NCBI RefSeq assembly: GCF_002105155.1
Contig: NW_019028998.1
Location: 620,001-684,000, forward strand
Direction of reading: 5' to 3'
DNA: 64,000 bases
Source of the DNA: Lobosporangium transversale
Lineage: Eukaryota
In this document: one piece after another, positions 38,128 through 51,829 of the stretch
Numbering within the stretch: position 1 is the first letter of the stretch
How the letters are laid out: each line of letters begins with the position of its first letter
Notes under the pieces: generated by a model
Seen by the model: the letters and a program-made list of their open reading frames with translations, nothing else
Told to the model about the DNA's origin: nothing
Database searches by the model: none
Program-made: the position numbers and the translations under genes

Positions 38128-39592
38128 TCAATGGACCGATCAGATTCGACGATGTTAATAAAGTCTACTATGTGGATCCTGCGGACCATGACAAAAATAA
38201 GGAAATACTACAGAGCGTTTTTCGCCGCGATTTAGTGATGCTCATAGGCGCACGTGCCTCTGGAAAAACAACATGGTTGTATCGACTTATCACCCAATTA
38301 ACTGACTTTGGGTATCGCTGCCTCCCGTAAGCCAACTTCCGCGAAAATGGATAAAGTGGATGCAATGTATGCGCTATTGTACCGGTACTGACCTTATATT
38401 TTTCATTTAGACTATCATTTGAGGAAGTTAACGTTCGCAATAATGAGTCTGTTTTCTGGAGAACTTTTGGTGATGCGAGACGTACACTCGAAGTCAAATG
38501 GGTATGTTTTTTAAGCTTAGTTAACTCTCCACGAGTTGATGTGCCATTCTAATACAATGAATTGTGCTCAATGTCAATAGTCATCCAGGAATGATTTGTC
38601 TTTGTGGACGCTCCATTCATGAGGATCTTCGCTCGAAAGTCAACGGCTCGACGAAATGTCTCGATTACGATACATGGCAGGACTTCTCCACAGACAATCA
38701 GAATAAGAGGATGCTTTCGTACCATACTTTCAGAAGGATGGTCGATTCACTTTTGAATGAATCAGCTACAGATGCTGTTAATCTTCTCCGAACAGATTTT
38801 ATTGGGTATCTCGGCGATATATCTATCACAGACATGGAACAACAGAGATTGGCAGACTTCCTAACTGCAGAAGGGGTGCTGATAAGACTTGATGGCAGTA
38901 ACTACCGTATGGCCTCAGCATTCATTGACTCGTTTGTGAGGAGATATATTATCCCATTAAAATATCCTCACGCTCCTTCAGAGTCACCCCCAAAGAAAAG
39001 AGGAGGATCATTGGATATTCTAGAGATTATGAAGATTGCTCTTCGATTTTTCGATAAAGACTTGATTTTGCAGGCGGAAGATCGATCATACAAAAGTTCG
39101 GGGAGAACAGTTAAGGTTATGGGCGACTACAACGCCAGTGTCCCTCGAGAAAGCGTCTATGACACGGAATTGATGAGAGTTCTCACCAACTGGCTAAACA
39201 AAACAAAAAAATATGAGATCATTGGCCAGTGGCGCCTCCGTGAGCATGAGGACCACAAATATATTGACATTGTCATCAAGAAAGCAGGAAAACCTACGGT
39301 TGTTATCGAGCTTTTGGCTATAGGGAGTCAAACTTCTATTAAGGACCATATCAGCAAGACGCTAACTTACAAACGTTTACTCCCAGCAGAAGAAGCTTGG
39401 GTTGTTCATTTTACCTGTGAGGACGACTATTTTAAGCACCCATACTGGCAAACCGACGCGGAACTGGACCAAGGGGTGAATTTGGTGCATTTCTGGCACG
39501 ATAAGAGTTTTAATACAGTGCGGATGAGTGCTCGCTGGAAGGACAGTAGTGGCAATACTCAAAGAATTGACAATGAGCTGTTGACTATCTAA
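38128..39592 (+). pseudogene. Header-less second NTPase + nuclease cassette (CR-toxin-like), internally deleted
   Basis: Walker A GARASGKTT, SNG|HPGMICLCG and KYIDIVI..VVIELLA. No Walker B; frame break near 38478. Confidence 0.7.
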
Positions 39593-40410
39593 CAGCAATT
39601 CTATTTTTTTTTACCCAACATTGTAAGGACGTCCCATTTTGTTGACATAGGATTTATAATTTTGCAGATCTGTTTAAATAGCTGTTACTTTGTATATTTC
39701 GCATTGATTGCATTAAAACACTCTCTCTTCATTAATGACAAACAATTTACTTTATGTATCTATACTTAATCTATATTTATATACTGTAGTTGCTGACTTT
39801 TTATGAATAGGCGTGCTTGTCAGCCTGAAACGACACAAATTGGCATTTCGAGCTCGAACTTTTTGATACGAGAAATGAGCTTGAGAGTGCCATGGACACA
39901 AAGGGAAGTATAAAGAGAAGACTGAAACTTTCTTCATGACAACTGAAAATACAAATCGAATACATGATACTGAAGTACAAGGCATTTACCGCGAAACTTG
40001 GCTGTGTTAATTTGTTCTGAAAAAGATATCAGATCATTAAACTCACTTTAAATGCGCAAACCGGGCTTCATTACGACATCTGGGCTACATGGGCTCACAA
40101 AAGTGATGTTAGCCATATACAGCCTTCCACATTTGAAAGTAGAAACACCAAATATTTTATGTTGGCTTCAACTTTAATGAATTTGACTCACTTATTGACA
40201 CATCGATTGGGCAGCTGATAGGGCGTAATCGACGTCTGCCAAAAAATGGCCCGTGTCTCTTCCCCTGTATGCTCATATTTATTTTTTTGCTTTGTATCTC
40301 TTCCTTTTTCTTCCATTCTCTTGTGTCTCATCTCCCTCACTGCGTGTTGGTTTTGTTCTTTGTCTCTTTCCTCTTGACCATTCTTTCATCTTTCTTTTTA
40401 TCTTTCCACA

Positions 40411-40622
40411 ATGAGTGAATCCAACAAATACATTTTTTTCTTTTGTGCCAAAGGACTCGTGGGAAAAAAGAAAAAAGATGAAGAAAAATTACTCCGTGAA
40501 TATCATGATCATTTAAATCGTTATCACTTATCCATCCTGGTTGAGTTCGAGTTAGAAAATACAACTGAACCTTTCCTCATTCATCGTAATCCCATGTCAG
40601 ACATGGGCCTTTCTCACCCTGT

Positions 40623-40661
<39 letters not shown>

Positions 40662-41467
40662 CAACCGTACATCTGTGTTACGACACTACAAGACCTGTAA
40701 AAGTTGCCGAAAATAATGCGCCGCCGGTCCCTCCAGCCTCGAATGCCGATACATGTTCAGATGGCCATTCATTACAGGATAGTGTTAAAAAAACATGAGG
40801 CAGTAATTAAGGTGCTTTGTGAGAGGATAGACGCTCTTGAAGAGAGGTATGACATCCTTTATTTGTTGTTAATGAGTTAATAGACTCTTCTTTTTTTTTT
40901 TTTTTTTTTTTTTTTTTTGAGATTAAATAGAAAGAAGTTCAATCGCCATGTCATGATAAATAGCGAACAAGAAAGTAGTTCTTTGTTATTATTTTAAATA
41001 AACCTCTTTTCATATAAAACGTTCGTTCTCCCTCATAACTTCAAAAAAATAACTTTCAGTTCTCATCCTTTACTTCCTCATTACTCCATGGATATCTTGA
41101 AATATGTTGGAAAAAATCTTCCGACAAAAAAGCAGATCCCAAAAATAAGGTGTACACTCTTTTTTGTCTACTTGATGGAGAACCGCTTTCTGTCCTCATT
41201 GATGCATCTGCGCTCTCCTGCACCAGCGTTTGCCGACTCAAAAGGTTTATAATGGCAGAGCAAATGTCAAAAAAAGATTCATTGCACGGGCTCGTGACAT
41301 TGACAAAGCTTGAGAACATTCATAAGTTGTTTGACAATTTTGAATCGTTGGCAATGCTTTTCGAATCAACAGAAATGAATCGAAAGCATGACAGTGAGAA
41401 TGACAATACTGCCGAGAGTAAACAACGACTACGGCGTTCTAAAAGAACATTGGCAAGACATTTATGA
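40411..41467 (+). pseudogene. Unknown multi-exon ORF remnants ending in a degenerate CRN-like header (mirror ~49959-51010)
   Basis: KVYTLFCLLDGEPLSV..SVCRLKRFI resembles the start of the 34570 header; the exon structure is uncertain. Confidence 0.4.
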
Positions 41468-41627
41468 AAAACCCGTTGAATAAAAAATCGATATTTATTT
41501 CTTTATGATTTATTTTCTATATTTTCTATATCTATATTTTTATATCTTTATATTTTTATATTATCATGTTTTTATATTTTTATATTTTATACTCGGAGAT
41601 CTTTATCTTCAATACTGATGTCAACAC

Positions 41628-44485
41628 TCACCTTATACTGTAGAACTGAGCAAGGCTAATAAACTGTTGCACATCTCTTTGCTTGGTGGAACGAGGCCAC
41701 TCTTTGATAGCCTTGACATGGCCTGAGCTTGTCTTGATACCTTCTTTACAAACGACGTGGCCCAAGAATTCAGTTTCTTCTTGCATAAAGGAACACTTGC
41801 TAAGTTTGGCATAGAGACGATTCTTCCGGAGAAATGAGAGTACACTGCAGAGATGGGCTAGGTGCTCAGTCTTGGCCTTGGAGTAGATTAGAATATCATC
41901 CAGGTAAAGTACTACACACTTATCCAGCAGTGGGCTCAATGCTTGTGACATCATGGTGGAGAAGGAAGCAGGGGCATTAGTTAGACCAAACGGAACAACA
42001 TTAAATTCATAGTGGCCATATCTATATACAACGAAATGCAGTCTTATGAGTGTGTGCATCAAAAATCCGCTGCTGGTGATATCCTGACATTAGATCGAGT
42101 TTTGAGAAATATTTTGCATCTCGAAAGCGGTCGATGAGCTCATCGATACGCGGAAGTGGATGGCGATTTTTGCGTGTGATTCTATTTAAGCCACGGTAAT
42201 CTACGCAGATACGAAGGGTCCCATCTTTCTTTTTGACGAAAAGGACGGAAGCCCCATAAGATGATGTGCTGGGCTTGATAAATCTTTTAGCTAAGAGTTC
42301 ATTCAGCTGTTTGCGTAACTCGTCGAGTTCAGCGATAGAGAGGCGAATCACAGGGCGAACAGGTGGATCTGCGTTGGGATCTGTTTCAATTTCATAGAAT
42401 CGCCACGGTCTGGTGGAAGACCTGCAGGGAGTGAGTCAGGAAAGACATCGGGGAACTCAACCTGTATAATTGACGCAATATCAGGGTGTATGTCGGAATT
42501 GGTAGATGAGGGAATTTTACTGTGGCGAGATAAACCTCGCTGCCTGGCTGTGCCGCGGCAGTTTAGAAATGCATGTGACTCATAAGTAGCCCACGAGACT
42601 TAGCTGTAATGGAATTGGTTTGAAACCCTCTGCATGACCAGTGCATGGCATTGCCATTATGTGTGAAGTGGGGATCATTAGTGCGCCAGTCGATAGAGGG
42701 ATTAATTGTGGTAAGCCAAGGTTTGCCGAGAATGAGGTCATAGTATTTGAGGGGATAGACGAGAGGGTGAAGAGTGTCGGAATAAGTGCCACGTTCAAGA
42801 GTGATGGAAACAGTATGTTTGGTGATGGAGCGGTCGCCATTAGGGAGTATAATTGGAATGGAGGAACAGGAATGGAGGGGAATGGAGTTTTGTTTTTGGA
42901 ATGAGGAGCTAATGACGTTACCCTCAGCGCCACCATCGATTAAAATCCTGGCTGGACGGCCATTAACAGCACCAAGGAACGTGAGTAGGGTACGGGCAGC
43001 AGTGTCGACTGTGAAGGATTGTAGTTGAAGGGTCTTCTTGCGTGAGCAACGTTGCAGGTTCTTGGGGGAGAAGGCAGGTCCACGGTCTCAGATATTCTAG
43101 TCGCCTCAAGCGGGCAAGGTTGTGGAGAGGAAGATACAGAGATCGTGTGGCCATTGGAATGTTGGTGAGTGTTTAGGTTTAATTTATCTCTGGCACGTGG
43201 CCCATTATTTACATTTTTAGCTTTTTTCGTTGGTTTCTGACTAATTATTGGCAGGAGGGAGCGTATGCATAGCAGAATTTTTAACTTCAACAGATTTATT
43301 TGTAATGTTGGGAAAACTTAAATCTGGTTTGCGCGCACTCCCCTTGTCCAGAAGAGAAGGAGAGGTTGCTTCAGCGACCAAGCCCTGGACTAAGCTTGAC
43401 CGCTGGGGGCTTTTCCCGACATAGTGGAACATTGCTGGAGTATTTATTCATTTCTGGTAGAGGGACCTGTACCAGGTAACTACGTGTTTATCTACATAAT
43501 AGAGAGTTTTCGCAACCTCGTTTTTACATCAAAATTCACATCGGGGAGTGAAAAAAAACCTTAAAAAGCATCTCTATTTTTGAAATCCAGCCTTGTCATA
43601 AATTTGCTTTGTAAAATACAACAAGATTCGTTTTTCTCGTATTTCTACGTCTAGCCAGAATTGCTTAAATTTAGCCAAAAAAATATAAAAAATTGCCAAT
43701 TCTATATTTTACCATAAAAGACGCGACTTTTTAGACTATAGAGGTTATCAACATTAGAAATCTCTATTCTATTAGTCATCAATGCTCTAGCCTAGAGTCA
43801 TTTAAAGCCGTAGTGTCTACGAGCCTTTACCTCCTGCTATTCCTTTCACCGAAAAAACTCTGGCACACAACAGAAAGCATTCTTCTCTAATGAATACTCC
43901 CCCAGAACAAAATGAGACGCATAACTTACCTTCCTTTCAGAGATTGTCGATTGAGGATATATCCCAAACGGATCCTGTGGATGATGTTGAAGAAGCAGGA
44001 TCAGACTCTGAATCACCTTTATCGGTAAATCTGAACATCGTACGGAAATCTGCGTCAGAAAGTGCTTCCAAATCGATACGATTATTTTGGAGTCGAGGTA
44101 CCTGGAAGTTAGCAGCACCATCATCATTTATATCCCTTCCATCGAGAAGCTGTTGAGCGTTGACGAGGTTTAAGAGAACGGGTGCAATGTGGACGCTTTA
44201 CATATTTTTTTTTTTTTTTTTTTTAATTCGAAGTATTTATTTTAAAATCAGTCACAGCGTTAAGAAGAACATGGAAAAGTCGTTCTGTATATTACTAATG
44301 GCGAAAATAAAAATGGTCATTTTTCAGAAACACATCAAACTCTTTTAAGTTCATTCTCAGCTGATGTAAATCCTTGATGTAAACTTGGTTGCGAAAACTC
44401 TCTAATAGGTAGTGAAGACAAAAGGTGATCTTTATTAAATTATTATTACAAGCCTTTTATAGGCTTAAGACTATATACTGTGACA
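41628..44485 (-). mobile_element. Degenerate Ty3/Gypsy element D (relative of B), left-arm copy
   Basis: Frameshifted PR (GRPARILIDGGAEGN) and RT (YLDDILI); gag mostly deleted; putative short LTR starting TGTCACAG at 44485. Confidence 0.85.
43502..44402. mobile_element. Non-autonomous TIR element inserted in the putative LTR of D (mirror 47024-47924)
   Basis: TIR GAGAGTTTTCGCAACC / GGTTGCGAAAACTCTC, flanked by TA (extendable to TAATA). Confidence 0.75.
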
Positions 44486-45420
44486 GGGAAGCAGTTCTCG
44501 ATCTCGTATTCAATGGCGGAAGGCGTGACCCTCTTTCGATCATCTTGTAATGGGTGTGCTACCGGAGCATTAAATCCCTCCAGAAGGATCTATTGACAAC
44601 TCTCTATCCTGCCACCAGCAACTCTAGTAGGAATATCAGGAGATCCCAGTTTAAGCTTCTTAACAAACGGGTGTGGACTTTGTTGTCTCAATCAGAGGAG
44701 GACACTACCCTGTACACTATTCTTCAGATCATCTCCCAAATCCTCTTGTGGATTGAACTTGATTTGTTTGCTTCACCAACGTCATAGCATGTATTTGTGT
44801 CGAGCTGGTCTACCATTTTCAACCTGCTACATGATACGTCGCTCCGAGCTATTACGTAAGTAGAATGTTTGTGGACGTTTTAGACGTTGATTCTGCCACT
44901 GCTGTAGCTCGGCAAAGAAATTCAGTTAATAGGTGTAATTACCATGCATTCTCGCTCTCCCTTAGTGGTGAATTAGTTTCCAGAGCAAGTGCCCAAGCAC
45001 GAAAGGATTCTGAGAGCAAGTATGGATCGAGTTGTTCAACTCCATGTGGTCGGAAGGTGAATATGTCAATCCGAATCCGGTTTGACGGCAAATGGCGGCA
45101 TAGAGTTGCCATATTTGAATTCAAAGCAACGACATCAATCCAAGTTGTGTGTGAAAAGCAGCAGTGGAAGTCTGTCCGACTAAATGCCGCCATCTTTTAT
45201 GATCTAGAGACGAAAGGTTTGGATATCAACAAAAGTTATCCAATTATTGCTGAGGGACAGGGACTAGGACTTAATTTCTAAGCTCTGCGACGGTACGATG
45301 ATGTTTTAGGTGCAGGACGCTCAACCGCAAAAGGCATCACCCTTCCTTCACATATTGAACAGTTAAAAGCATTCTTCGAGCCCGAGACGGTGTTCATCCT
45401 CTTAGCCTTCAAGGTGATTA
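44486..45420 (+). pseudogene. PD-(D/E)xK-like nuclease-fold gene remnant in the spacer
   Basis: GELVSRASAQAR..GRKVNMSI..VAIFEFK..KSVRLN, with in-frame stops and 5' truncation at the arm junction. Confidence 0.5.
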
Positions 45421-45593
45421 TATTGGGCTGACGTCTAAGGATTATTGGTAAAAGCTAGACAAGTGATGCTGACATTTATCATCGCATGGTTGATGACTTG
45501 TTTTCGCGTTTGATTATCTCCACTCACACTGCCTCTCTTGTTGCTTCACCTCCACGCACTTTTTTACTCATACTGTACACACACACTCCAAAC

Positions 45594-45624
<31 letters not shown>

Positions 45625-46483
45625 CACCTCTCTCTCTCCGTCTCTCTCTGCCTCTCTCTCTATTGATTCCCAAAGCATCAGTAAGTAGTTTTAGCTTGTT
45701 CTTATTCACATCTGTTGGAACCTGGCGCTTTATTTTTATGGTCTTATGGAGCACGACTTGACCACCTACCACCCATCATCGCAACATGATCGAGCGTGTC
45801 TGTCTGACGGAGCTAAAGCTCCAAAAAGGAAAGCTTTATGACATTGTCTCTTGGTCCTCTCTAGTCTTTTTTTTTTTTTTTTTTTTTTTAGCTATTACTT
45901 TATTTTTCCTTTTTCGTCATTCACAACTTTTTTTATCGCCATAGTGTTACATATTATTTTCCGCATCAGCTTTTATCTCTCAACACACCATTTACTCTCT
46001 ACTGCCTCTCCCACTCCTCCCTTCTTTTAGCACACCTACTCATCTCTCTTTCTCACACACACTGTCAGCCTTTTTTTTACTGGGTTCGTCACTTTTTTTT
46101 ACACCGGATACATGTCTCTCTGACATGTCTTGGAAACAATCGTATAATGAAGTGCCTTTTATTATGAAATCGTGGCAGAATGTGCTAGGGGGACTCCGCG
46201 GATAAAGACTGCTTTAAAATAGCACACCTTAGCTCCCATCATCACCCCTTTCGTTATTGCTAGAAAGGTTTGATGACCGTGAGCGTCCTAGACGTTTCAT
46301 GGAGCATACTCATTTGGGGACCCTTTAGCAAAGGGCGCCAATGTGTTCAGGTCTCCTACTATTCCTCTCTTGCAATAAATATTAGGCTCGGTAAGGCAAG
46401 AATCACCAACTAATATTCACAATTGCGTTTCTACTTTATTTGTCGACCCGAAATAGATTTTCTGTATAAACTCAAAAGTAATA

Positions 46484-46910
46484 ATGACAGCAATTCTTCC
46501 CGAAGGCACCGGCAGCAAGTATACTAGCATATGTGAACCATGGTCATCGGCTCTTGGACACGTCCCTGGCTCGGATTACTTTAGACAGTTGAAGAATCCT
46601 CGCGAAATCAATTATCAAGATTATCTAAAGTTCTGCAACGTGCGTTCCCAAGATAAGAGTGTCTTCGATTCAAATTGGATGACCATAATATTACCAGCAC
46701 TACAGAATAGTGGACGCATCAACCTTGAACAAGAATACTTAAGGTTAAATAAGGAATGGAAACAGGACAAAATACGAAGGGAACAATTCTGGAAAGTTGC
46801 CATATTTGAAGTCAAAGCAACGATATCAACCCAAGCTGTGTGTGAAAAGCAGCAGCGGAAGTCTGCCGACTGAATGCCGCTGTTTTGTATGATCTAGAGA
46901 CGAAAGGTTC
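46484..46910 (+). pseudogene. Internally deleted paralog of the 44486 gene
   Basis: 46796-46909 is a diverged direct repeat of ~45104-45219, joined directly to an N-terminal region (EQFWK|VAIFEVK). Confidence 0.5.
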
Positions 46911-46940
46911 GGACTACGGTGTCAAGTAGTCCTGAACCAG

Positions 46941-49798
46941 TGTCACAGTATATAGTCTTAAGCCTATAAAAGGCTTGTAATAATAATTTAATAAAGATCA
47001 CCTTTTGTCTTCACTACCTATTAGAGAGTTTTCGCAACCAAGTTTACATCAAGGATTTACATCAGCTGAGAATGAACTTAAAAGAGTTTGATGTGTTTCT
47101 GAAAAATGACCATTTTTATTTTCGCCATTAGTAATATACAGAACGACTTTTCCATGTTCTTCTTAACGCTGTGACTGATTTTAAAATAAATACTTCGAAT
47201 TAAAAAAAAAAAAAAAAAAAATATGTAAAGCGTCCACATTGCACCCGTTCTCTTAAACCTCGTCAACGCTCAACAGCTTCTCGATGGAAGGGATATAAAT
47301 GATGATGGTGCTGCTAACTTCCAGGTACCTCGACTCCAAAATAATCGTATCGATTTGGAAGCACTTTCTGACGCAGATTTCCGTACGATGTTCAGATTTA
47401 CCGATAAAGGTGATTCAGAGTCTGATCCTGCTTCTTCAACATCATCCACAGGATCCGTTTGGGATATATCCTCAATCGACAATCTCTGAAAGGAAGGTAA
47501 GTTATGCGTCTCATTTTGTTCTGGGGGAGTATTCATTAGAGAAGAATGCTTTCTGTTGTGTGCCAGAGTTTTTTCGGTGAAAGGAATAGCAGGAGGTAAA
47601 GGCTCGTAGACACTACGGCTTTAAATGACTCTAGGCTAGAGCATTGATGACTAATAGAATAGAGATTTCTAATGTTGATAACCTCTATAGTCTAAAAAGT
47701 CGCGTCTTTTATGGTAAAATATAGAATTGGCAATTTTTTATATTTTTTTGGCTAAATTTAAGCAATTCTGGCTAGACGTAGAAATACGAGAAAAACGAAT
47801 CTTGTTGTATTTTACAAAGCAAATTTATGACAAGGCTGGATTTCAAAAATAGAGATGCTTTTTAAGGTTTTTTTTCACTCCCCGATGTGAATTTTGATGT
47901 AAAAACGAGGTTGCGAAAACTCTCTATTATGTAGATAAACACGTAGTTACCTGGTACAGGTCCCTCTACCAGAAATGAATAAATACTCCAGCAATGTTCC
48001 ACTATGTCGGGAAAAGCCCCCAGCGGTCAAGCTTAGTCCAGGGCTTGGTCGCTGAAGCAACCTCTCCTTCTCTTCTGGACAAGGGGAGTGCGCGCAAACC
48101 AGATTTAAGTTTTCCCAACATTACAAATAAATCTGTTGAAGTTAAAAATTCTGCTATGCATACGCTCCCTCCTGCCAATAATTAGTCAGAAACCAACGAA
48201 AAAAGCTAAAAATGTAAATAATGGGCCACGTGCCAGAGATAAATTAAACCTAAACACTCACCAACATTCCAATGGCCACACGATCTCTGTATCTTCCTCT
48301 CCACAACCTTGCCCGCTTGAGGCGACTAGAATATCTGAGACCGTGGACCTGCCTTCTCCCCCAAGAACCTGCAACGTTGCTCACGCAAGAAGACCCTTCA
48401 ACTACAATCCTTCACAGTCGACACTGCTGCCCGTACCCTACTCACGTTCCTTGGTGCTGTTAATGGCCGTCCAGCCAGGATTTTAATCGATGGTGGCGCT
48501 GAGGGTAACGTCATTAGCTCCTCATTCCAAAAACAAAACTCCATTCCCCTCCATTCCTGTTCCTCCATTCCAATTATACTCCCTAATGGCGACCGCTCCA
48601 TCACCAAACATACTGTTTCCATCACTCTTGAACGTGGCACTTATTCCGACACTCTTCACCCTCTCGTCTATCCCCTCAAATACTATGACCTCATTCTCGG
48701 CAAACCTTGGCTTACCACAATTAATCCCTCTATCGACTGGCGCACTAATGATCCCCACTTCACACATAATGGCAATGCCATGCACTGGTCATGCAGAGGG
48801 TTTCAAACCAATTCCATTACAGCTAAGTCTCGTGGGCTACTTATGAGTCACATGCATTTCTAAACTGCCGCGGCACAGCCAGGCAGCGAGGTTTATCTCG
48901 CCACAGTAAAATTCCCTCATCTACCAATTCCGACATACACCCTGATATTGCGTCAATTATACAGGTTGAGTTCCCCGATGTCTTTCCTGACTCACTCCCT
49001 GCAGGTCTTCCACCAGACCGTGGCGATTCTATGAAATTGAAACAGATCCCAACGCAGATCCACCTGTTCGCCCTGTGATTCGCCTCTCTATCGCTGAACT
49101 CGACGAGTTACGCAAACAGCTGAATGAACTCTTAGCTAAAAGATTTATCAAGCCCAGCACATCATCTTATGGGGCTTCCGTCCTTTTCGTCAAAAAGAAA
49201 GATGGGACCCTTCGTATCTGCGTAGATTACCGTGGCTTAAATAGAATCACACGCAAAAATCGCCATCCACTTCCGCGTATCGATGAGCTCATCGACCGCT
49301 TTCGAGATGCAAAATATTTCTCAAAACTCGATCTAATGTCAGGATATCACCAGCAGCGGATTTTTGATGCACACACTCATAAGACTGCATTTCGTTGTAT
49401 ATAGATATGGCCACTATGAATTTAATGTTGTTCCGTTTGGTCTAACTAATGCCCCTGCTTCCTTCTCCACCATGATGTCACAAGCATTGAGCCCACTGCT
49501 GGATAAGTGTGTAGTACTTTACCTGGATGATATTCTAATCTACTCCAAGGCCAAGACTGAGCACCTAGCCCATCTCTGCAGTGTACTCTCATTTCTCCGG
49601 AAGAATCGTCTCTATGCCAAACTTAGCAAGTGTTCCTTTATGCAAGAAGAAACTGAATTCTTGGGCCACGTCGTTTGTAAAGAAGGTATCAAGACAAGCT
49701 CAGGCCATGTCAAGGCTATCAAAGAGTGGCCTCGTTCCACCAAGCAAAGAGATGTGCAACAGTTTATTAGCCTTGCTCAGTTCTACAGTATAAGGTGA
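46941..49798 (+). mobile_element. Degenerate Ty3/Gypsy element D, right-arm copy
   Basis: ORF translations are identical to the left-arm copy. Confidence 0.85.
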
Positions 49799-50763
49799 GT
49801 GTTGACATCAGTATTGAAGATAAAGATCTCCGAGTATAAAATATAAAAATATAAAAACATGATAATATAAAAATATAAAGATATAAAAATATAGATATAG
49901 AAAATATAGAAAATAAATCATAAAGAAATAAATATCGATTTTTTATTCAACGGGTTTTTCATAAATGTCTTGCCAATGTTCTTTTAGAACGCCGTAGTCG
50001 TTGTTTACTCTCGGCAGTATTGTCATTCTCACTGTCATGCTTTCGATTCATTTCTGTTGATTCGAAAAGCATTGCCAACGATTCAAAATTGTCAAACAAC
50101 TTATGAATGTTCTCAAGCTTTGTCAATGTCACGAGCCCGTGCAATGAATCTTTTTTTGACATTTGCTCTTGCCATTATAAACCTTTTGAGTCGGCAAACG
50201 CTGGTGCAGGAGAGCGCAGATGCATCAATGAGGACAGAAAGCGGTTCTCCATCAAGTAGACAAAAAAGAGTGTACACCTTATTTTTGGGATCTGCTTTTT
50301 TGTCGGAAGATTTTTTCCAACATATTTCAAGATATCCATGGAGTAATGAGGAAGTAAAGGATGAGAACTGAAAGTTATTGTTTTGAAGTTATGAGGGAGA
50401 ACGAACGTTTTATATGAAAAGAGGTTTATTTAAAATAATAACAAAGAACTACTGTTCTTGTTCGCTATTTATCATGACATGGCGATTGAACTTCTTTCTA
50501 TTTAATCTCAAAAAAAAAAAAAAAAAAAAAAAAAAGAAGAGTCTATTAACTCATTAACAACAAATAAAGGATGTCATACCTCTCTTCAAGAGCGTCTATC
50601 CTCTCACAAAGCACCTTAATTACTGCCTCATGTTTTTTAACACTATCCTGTAATGAATGGCCATCTGAACATGTATCGGCATTCGAGGCTGGAGGGACCG
50701 GCGGCGCATTATTTTCGGCAACTTTTACAGGTCTTGTAGTGTCGTAACACAGATGTACGGTTG

Positions 50764-50799
<36 letters not shown>

Positions 50800-51829
50800 A
50801 CAGGGTGAGAAAGGCCATGTCTGACATGGGATTACGATGAATGAGGAAAGGTTCAGTTGTATTTTCTAACTCGAACTCAACCAGGATGGATAAGTGATAA
50901 CGATTTAAATGATCATGATATTCACGGAGTAATTTTTCTTCATCTTTTTTCTTTTTTCCCACGAGTCCTTTGGCACAAAAGAAAAAAATGTATTTGTTGG
51001 ATTCACTCATTGTGGAAAGATAAAAAGAAAGATGAAAGAATGGTCAAGAGGAAAGAGACAAAGAACAAAACCAACACGCAGTGAGGGAGATGAGACACAA
51101 GAGAATGGAAGAAAAAGGAAGAGATACAAAGCAAAAAAATAAATATGAGCATACAGGGGAAGAGACACGGGCCATTTTTTGGCAGACGTCGATTACGCCC
51201 TATCAGCTGCCCAATCGATGTGTCAATAAGTGAGTCAAATTCATTAAAGTTGAAGCCAACATAAAATATTTGGTGTTTCTACTTTCAAATGTGGAAGGCT
51301 GTATATGGCTAACATCACTTTTGTGAGCCCATGTAGCCCAGATGTCGTAATGAAGCCCGGTTTGCGCATTTAAAGTGAGTTTAATGATCTGATATCTTTT
51401 TCAGAACAAATTAACACAGCCAAGTTTCGCGGTAAATGCCTTGTACTTCAGTATCATGTATTCGATTTGTATTTTCAGTTGTCATGAAGAAAGTTTCAGT
51501 CTTCTCTTTATACTTCCCTTTGTGTCCATGGCACTCTCAAGCTCATTTCTCGTATCAAAAAGTTCGAGCTCGAAATGCCAATTTGTGTCGTTTCAGGCTG
51601 ACAAGCACGCCTATTCATAAAAAGTCAGCAACTACAGTATATAAATATAGATTAAGGTATAGATACATAAAGTAAATTGTTTGTCATTAATGAAGAGAGA
51701 GTGTTTTAATGCAATCAATGCGAAATATACAAAGTAACAGCTATTTAAACAGATCTGCAAAATTATAAATCCTATGTCAACAAAATGGGACGTCCTTACA
51801 ATGTTGGGTAAAAAAAAATAGAATTGCTG

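Larger units (their letters stand above)
32441..44485 (+). repeat. Left arm of a large inverted duplication
   Basis: Every ORF from 32599 to 44348 has a mirror ORF between 47078 and 58856 (coordinate sums 91412-91455). Confidence 0.97.
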
